Origin: a virus | Virus record (IMG/VR): IMGVR_UViG_3300025057_000003 | Span: 1 to 64,000 of that record | Reading direction: 5' to 3' (one strand) | DNA length: 64,000 bases | Shown: positions 60,701 through 64,000 of the stretch, piece after piece | How positions within the stretch are numbered: the stretch's first letter is position 1 | How the letters are laid out: each line of letters starts with the position of its first letter | Notes under the pieces: generated by a model | Told to the model about the DNA's origin: nothing | Seen by the model: the letters and a program-made list of their open reading frames with translations, nothing else | Database searches by the model: none | Position numbers and translations under genes: made by a program

Positions 60701-63700
60701 CATATGTAAAAAATATAACTGCAGAGTTTGATAGAATACAAAGAGAGTTAAATCCATATACAAAAACTAAAAATTTAAAACCTGGATATAATGCAGATAA
60801 GAAAGGTCAAAAACCAGATCTAAATGGAAGAGCTTACAGATTTGCTAATAATAAACTTATATTAACTCCATCCAATTCAATAACTCCTGATGTAGAATCT
60901 GGAAAACTTTTAGATAGTAGCTCTACAATAACTAGAATTAGAGAAGGAAGTCAAAAACTATTTATAAAGACAGATGCTGCAGCAGTAGCAATGGGATTCT
61001 TTGCGGAAGGAGAAAGTACTAATTTAGAAATAGGAATAGGTGAGGAAACTAAAGTTGGAAAAGGTAAAAGAAGAGTATTTAAACAAGCTGCTAAAGACAA
61101 ATCTACATTCCATAGAGTTAAGTTAATTGGTAAGAAATCTGTAAATAACTTAACATTATTCAATGTTGAGGATATGTTAGGAGAGGCTATATCAGATAAA
61201 AAGACAAACACCCATACTAAAGAAGTAGAGATTGGAAATCAAACAAGATGGGTTGAGTCTGATGCAATGAAGGCATTTTTATTGGGTGAAAAGGAGTTCT
61301 TTGTTTATGAAGTAATTGAAAATGACTTAACTAATCTAACAGACGAAGAGCTTGACATACTAGAGAAAGAAGCTGTAGATCAAGAAGATTATGCTAAAGC
61401 TAAAGAAATAGCAGATCTAAGATCATATGGTGAAATAAATTATGCATCTGAATTAGAAAGAATTTTAAAAGAACATGCTAAAGAACAAGAAGGAAAATCT
61501 GAAGAAGATTATGAAACACTAACTTTAGAAGAAGCTCTTTCTAAAATTCCTAGCGATAAAGACATTAATCTAGATTCTTTAAAAGCTTTTATTACTGAAA
61601 GAATAGATCAAGAGTTTAAGCAATTTAATAAAGACATAAATAATGAATTCTATAGAGTAGAGGAAGATGGTAGTGTATACTTAGATTTACCTAGATTCAT
61701 ATCAACGGGTCTTAAGAGAAATGAGAACTCAACAGGTAGTGAAGCTGCATTTGAAAATGCAAATCAAAAGTTAAACCTTACAAATAATAGAACTCATAAT
61801 TTAAAGCAAATCTTTATTAATGACTGGATTAATACTACAGCAATAAATGATCTTTTGCTTGGTGATCAAGCAGTGTCCCTTAAAGATGGGGTTGATGCAG
61901 TTAAAAGAGCCAAAATGCAAAATGCTGCATACTATAGTGCAGCAAGCAGAATATCTTCTAAAAAACATAATGTATTGAATCCTCTGCAAAAGATATCAAT
62001 GTTTGCTGTGACAGATCCAATTGCGTCTTCAATACATACTAAAGAAAATATAGAGCAAGCAGATGCACAAAACTGGATGACTGTAAAAGCATTTAGATAT
62101 ATGTGGTTTGGCTTTGGAAAACTTACAGAAACTCAATCTAAATTGCTAGATAAAATAGAAGCTGGAGCTGAGATTTCAGTAGAGGAAATATTTGGAGCAG
62201 CCGGTGCCGTTAAAAAGCAAGAGATGTTAAACTCTAAAAAACTTGTTTATGGTGATGGTAAAGTGTTTGACAAATTCTCGGTAATACCTCTTAGTAAGGC
62301 AATGACATCTATGAAGGACAAAAACGGAAACTGGATTGCAAAACCAGGACGTGAGATACTTCATAATATGAGGGTAAAGATGGAGCAGTATGAACAAGAT
62401 CAGCTTGATCAAGGTATTGATACTGTTGCAATGGTGGCCCCTTTATCTGCTTTAAAAATGATGAAGGAGAATGTTTCATTAATTGATGATTTAGTAAATC
62501 CTAATGAAACTATTATTCAATCTCAAGGTAAAGGTACTGATGCTCAGTATATGGGTAGAAGCCTTTCATATGAGGCAGTTAAGTCAGGTAAACCCAATAG
62601 ACTTACTACGGATAATGTAATGGATCTTGATGCTAATTATATGGGTCTGCAAGTATTAAACCCTTCTAATAAAGAAGAGATTATAGATCCTACTCAGATT
62701 AAAACATTATTAACTGGTGAGCAAGATGACAAGGCCACAGTAAGAATTGATGGCGAGGTAGTTTCAATAGGAGCTTTAAGAAAAAGATACAATGAATTAG
62801 TTAGTGCAAGGCTAACTCAAAAGTATATAGATAAAAGAAATCTTATATTTGATATTGATCCTGAATATGCAATGGATCAGTTACATAAAAGTATTGAAGC
62901 AAAAAAGATAACACCTGATTTATATTCTTTCTTGAATTATGCTCAGACATCATTGCTAGCAAGTCAGTCATCATCACAATTATTAGAGTTCTTTTCATTT
63001 GATGAGGACGGCAATCCTACTTTTGATTTTGTCCAAGATTCACCAATGGTTGAAGCTAAGTTTAAGCAGTTATTCTTAAGCTATTTTAGTAAAGGAGTAA
63101 TGGCTGAAAAAATACCAGGTACCGGTGCGGCATTGCTTTCTGATTATGGTTTTTCTCAATATAGAAAGGTTTATAGTGTAGATGAAAATAACTATATAGA
63201 TAGACAAGAAATAATAAGAACAAATGATTTTGCTCAGAACTATTCTATGAGTGATGTGCAAATGGAAGGTAATGATGTTCTTGATTTATCCAATGATGAT
63301 AAGTTTGATGTATTAGCTCAAAGAGTTAATAAACTTAAGAAGGGTGAGTTTATTATAGTAAAAGATAGACTTAGACCTAATATGAAAGAATATAACATTA
63401 AAGGTGAATATACTGGAGTTAAATATTCCGAGGCTTTAATGCCTGCACATTCAAAAGAAGTTTATGAAAATTTAGATCTTTTAAAACCTGATGCAGCAAT
63501 TCCAGATTCAGTTGGTAAGATGTTTGGTATACGTATTCCATCCCAAGATAATCACTCTACTATAAATGTTAAGGTTGTAGATTTTTTACCTGTGTTTAAT
63601 GGATCAACGATAGTTGCATCAAGAGAACTTGTTGAGGTATCAGGAGCTGACTTTGATATTGATAAGTTATATCTTCAAATGAAAGAATACTATCTTAAGG

Positions 63701-64000
63701 ATGGTGAGTTCTTTGAGTATAAAAACAACTTTGAAGACTATGTAAGATATATTAATAAAAAAGTTAAGAAGAAAGGAAGTACTTATGCTGAAGCTGCAAT
63801 GAAAGCTAAGAAAAGAAAAGGTAAACTTTTATCTGACGCAAAGTTTGAAGCAGCTAAAAAAAGAGGTTTTGATGTTCAGGCAATTCATGCTTTAAGAATA
63901 TTAAACCTTCCTTTAACTAAACCAGAATACAATAAATATGTAGAAACAACAGGAAGAGCTCCTTTTGCGGCAGGGTATAATAATGAAATATTAGATGTTA
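51766..64000 (+). CDS. Giant virion polyprotein (>4078 aa, 3' end outside window) with zincin-like metallopeptidase and crAss-type RNA polymerase domains
   Basis: ATG at 51766. The same frame gives YHEAFH (HEAFH 58378-58392), LEEYMADEF (58576-58602), GIRIPSQD (~63526-63549) and SGADFDIDKL (DFDID 63649-63663). It is absent from the ORF track, consistent with no in-frame stop before the window end. Confidence 0.9.
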   Translation, partial: MSNLDNTVFNNEIANTPVGVPPDQFTFETISDLEIPADLEAFDEAVDPQYQAMLNSASDEINKTIASPIANMNNLPGAAGGRYNPAAQQEIPSPDTMEGKIRLFQNINKRTPQISKTDNIFGDNTVNIKDPTYSGIAATQFDRYYAHPAFSRLGFRPYRNNEEFYNTHSSGWEDAQRMFGQLNKLMGTGYLSSYRSWFEDDVMDLKSAIEYEDAVRIGSSSRGGFGAGLNNFVLNSGYTLGIIGSIAVEELAMWGATVALGLATPVTGGASGAAAVATGTAAAARTAYNAGRLAKAFRSIGQSFKIGKAFQATRTMVNSFKNIDKVRDLHSAVRGTGNVLGKILAPETVRAFKQLNSAKKAGENITNMAKVSKTIGGFYRDLRSMNFALSEGRMEGGSVYKEQWEKEFIIALDKNREAGLGDNLSYEQLQGVNERAKAAALTTTLFNAPVIYLSNQLLLGNAFGGYKRSINQIAREGIEGAASRVIRGKAATKVIKDTVKKQAGKEAGKQGKRQVQKQLYESVEDGFMNWRSTLKKVKSAGLRGGATMAGAAALRFTANNLSEGIQEVYQEAVAEGIKDYYTNLAFDPLAGGSDMFNASLSHGIKSQMSAQGLHTFASGFFMSTLVGGPQKLIFQTMPELYQATFNKEQYQNYKAQKEAEVTRIVDSMNEYGDALAQDPTNLFGLEKMQYATQKQAAEAMEEAQANDDLMGFIDMKDHAKFHNMFTLFETGKTDFFKEQLEDYLSLTDQELAEAFPDRKADAKSGKLRNSIQNQITKLDKMEQWFAQNKDKIQVTAKPENFEKGSREHQDEQIKFLAQRHAKYLYLFTKDGFERAAERTDAIYEKLATDPIIKDLAANDLTVFLTKDALLTEIGQLKGEVEILGDPGSKQAKKQKEKKLAHLEKIADVLYNEEYLNKDGSFDKRRIGKLMPLIGAYLDDVAKTRNGFVDNEMLLDTVKSIIDHNHLSVRQAMYDRALRVMTDPAYLDDLLTAGKLYFKFAYENRKALFREAIEKFINKQEINQLLNALADLGVYPDMDSTILFSQTGDPKDLGSFYNAEGIVNKVDDPELYEKIENAIDIYRQTATDALKKAAEKAKKEAEEEAKARTAEKASSSVDQILAEEGVDAPESKIIGKTKEESPVLDQTLQRLFSEMKALGLKKGFTINPSWEKFLESDLAKEHITAYNGLKKLWYQTLTALPEEERMNRFNKDIGFIDWLKLQGTNDLVQKVLAESAIGVGAIRIQAFIPEVEAEIRSDEKREVDSKTSDSINIQTRLIFDHSTGEQTTIFILTDKNNNIIDEEIYTSVGIDPIRANAGFRTRKEANDAIKLMANLVPVTASFTFDGQTLTYADVVEDINTKKKYVIISDANTVDRYGNLLLMKIEDIGKLNPKQAIAKAVKSKELNLSEGDFQKRFATEQLNAGIASLPANVTKLNVREATRLIPHRTNFDTNFPENEELARRRYDFIIKNLTPEQLKQLKVKVRVRPDGGKDIGYVKFEDKAANPFIKKTRAPYDIEIIVPDEILSPILEKLPKEIKKPEGNALGYIPNGNVVLLDRTNGTVINPLSITADQVKDLFDITGSSKEQAAEDIKQNFAIQFTIMNSIAEKLGDSAEMEMSLEDIGGVNFFSTPGAMLFDGIDKPVNDLNIRTVDGLTIILENTKLKNGKVATRLIHNGERGEGPTLQRKIKNEMDAQNPNLYEGATGTSRYTMVVKSASGVYSYFPVKTPPLSDESLQTIADTLIKRSVETAKENFTLEGKGKTQKTKLKNLQYNSTFNADLNSNESQDIPKFYIAGKPGYTFELAVTANGSVSIKVYDRKLQQSQYVGLSAEDVATYAESENKADFIKALITNYNDYLSNLDPEKVDTKKKAFFTNLKKNGALKENALKESFEELAPAEEISDAVTTQVGPSVRKKSALVANISGVDSQNIKSTPIISRTTSGVFTPSERFTDAQGKPIPKGPAMTTSTESLNIAGEIGSLEQLSDDEFTELQSKDFLTLTKDQQEYLAKRVATLKQEELTDRELTVLSSPASSLINVRAQAYKINEGQPKSNATSASTIENQKKEVSLEKQLEDLKSQLDARMNQVKENNSDLFGLALIKAIQQDSTVKSLEKKIQEVRLKQGGANKISDDLSLDDVRHIDEFAAWAASNLPEFITLDNIATLTDNMKSGGERVGAFVMSLEKIAGKERIGGKLYVGATSKYAYHEAFHSVFRLLLTKEQQEQYYKLAKKEVLAKLRGEGKSLKEEIEGLRNTDIAKYKDYSNDRMEKEYLEEYMADEFEVFKQSPRKTKTDSWIKSLFNKILEWIRNVLGNFNGPQLSLLYKDISSGKYRQAEVVSNPFTDDLFSGATIDASKLIRYKKEVLENGKELYKNLPNKQSVGIISSIAARVVDLEMKNESADFDIKDAVKKSIELYKDLYNPDNAQYRNLSIQQLLDVGNIYEAFTNYDKDILESVVDTLAIYDIKLEVIEELDEENEVEYGLRTTEQYGKDASQIGGARSLSSFLRKYIASTTLSEKDEFGNEYLSNGERLIVPVDFSVAYSGFLKAAAGTTDPIRILQKLYIFSQNNPQTRAIVERLYGDLNLVWEDQLEDGIIPAETSNNLLFQSMLKGFENFKIDYLFLHTNTKDGSVVGYSAANRDDAHTQIERWETEYKHRRRLYLADPKLKEEASDELARLLEFINTDQPINKMTNVKLAEVSKNISEALAKTMGIKLHPDYIAYTIANNITKPTKYQSALLESQKDVILIDPEAIMYMKQQFDGDADLMSQAEDEGVYNRLRRLGLGNAMFDETVGASVFKNANGDLVYSHQLPTMHLKKMAELNDIVSDPTKVAELIENEPYVATNYLLNDPAFRQMAKEGLLKITRISGSKSSKGIEVDSDGGVIEGYDRNEKGTVYGDYDPKQFLASLLSAYISGVNPKSGRLQAGVIPEGQDDMVALAPVLLRVIEASNTGDLSALPIIKAVEENAKGEAQITDQALDAYVKNITAEFDRIQRELNPYTKTKNLKPGYNADKKGQKPDLNGRAYRFANNKLILTPSNSITPDVESGKLLDSSSTITRIREGSQKLFIKTDAAAVAMGFFAEGESTNLEIGIGEETKVGKGKRRVFKQAAKDKSTFHRVKLIGKKSVNNLTLFNVEDMLGEAISDKKTNTHTKEVEIGNQTRWVESDAMKAFLLGEKEFFVYEVIENDLTNLTDEELDILEKEAVDQEDYAKAKEIADLRSYGEINYASELERILKEHAKEQEGKSEEDYETLTLEEALSKIPSDKDINLDSLKAFITERIDQEFKQFNKDINNEFYRVEEDGSVYLDLPRFISTGLKRNENSTGSEAAFENANQKLNLTNNRTHNLKQIFINDWINTTAINDLLLGDQAVSLKDGVDAVKRAKMQNAAYYSAASRISSKKHNVLNPLQKISMFAVTDPIASSIHTKENIEQADAQNWMTVKAFRYMWFGFGKLTETQSKLLDKIEAGAEISVEEIFGAAGAVKKQEMLNSKKLVYGDGKVFDKFSVIPLSKAMTSMKDKNGNWIAKPGREILHNMRVKMEQYEQDQLDQGIDTVAMVAPLSALKMMKENVSLIDDLVNPNETIIQSQGKGTDAQYMGRSLSYEAVKSGKPNRLTTDNVMDLDANYMGLQVLNPSNKEEIIDPTQIKTLLTGEQDDKATVRIDGEVVSIGALRKRYNELVSARLTQKYIDKRNLIFDIDPEYAMDQLHKSIEAKKITPDLYSFLNYAQTSLLASQSSSQLLEFFSFDEDGNPTFDFVQDSPMVEAKFKQLFLSYFSKGVMAEKIPGTGAALLSDYGFSQYRKVYSVDENNYIDRQEIIRTNDFAQNYSMSDVQMEGNDVLDLSNDDKFDVLAQRVNKLKKGEFIIVKDRLRPNMKEYNIKGEYTGVKYSEALMPAHSKEVYENLDLLKPDAAIPDSVGKMFGIRIPSQDNHSTINVKVVDFLPVFNGSTIVASRELVEVSGADFDIDKLYLQMKEYYLKDGEFFEYKNNFEDYVRYINKKVKKKGSTYAEAAMKAKKRKGKLLSDAKFEAAKKRGFDVQAIHALRILNLPLTKPEYNKYVETTGRAPFAAGYNNEILDV

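Noticed and set aside
1-64000. Alternative genetic code (TAG or TGA reassignment, known in some crAss-like phages)
   Set aside because: Long genes are intact in code 11, and both TAG (3929) and TGA (6150, 8195, 9045) act as stops at sensible gene junctions.
51766-64000. Short ORFs listed in this span (54189, 54812, 56556, 58529, 58713, 60951, 61801, 62227, 63076)
   Set aside because: They are antisense or out-of-frame shadows of the giant plus-strand ORF.

Overview
This window is part of a large, AT-rich dsDNA phage genome of the crAss-like (Crassvirales-related) type, read in the standard genetic code. A Bacteroidetes host is inferred from a T9SS-type cargo gene, promoter-like motifs and A-rich leaders lacking Shine-Dalgarno sequences. 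Positions 1-2560 are a minus-strand accessory region: a TerC-family gene (cut by the window edge), a tRNA-like element, about 600 nt of hairpin-dense non-coding DNA, two copies of a small RNA motif and small ORFs. After a G-rich strand-switch region (~2560-2745), all genes are on the plus strand: a T9SS-cargo-like secreted protein, an amidase endolysin, HU/IHF-like, Zn-finger and PD-(D/E)xK nuclease genes, GroES, terminase, portal, scaffold-like protein, major capsid protein, Cys-rich structural proteins, a metallophosphoesterase, three small basic proteins sharing a tag, tail ring and tail stabilisation proteins, and five large putative ejected/cargo proteins. The last ORF (51766 to beyond 64000, >4078 aa) is missing from the ORF track and carries a zincin HExxH motif and the DFDID motif of crAss-type virion RNA polymerases. 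The most striking unexplained pattern is a short [hydrophobic/K]-[Q/K/A/E]-x-G-G motif. It recurs about 20 times in the putative cargo proteins and small basic proteins, often at the borders of enzyme or membrane modules, which suggests a tag or cleavage system for modular virion cargo.
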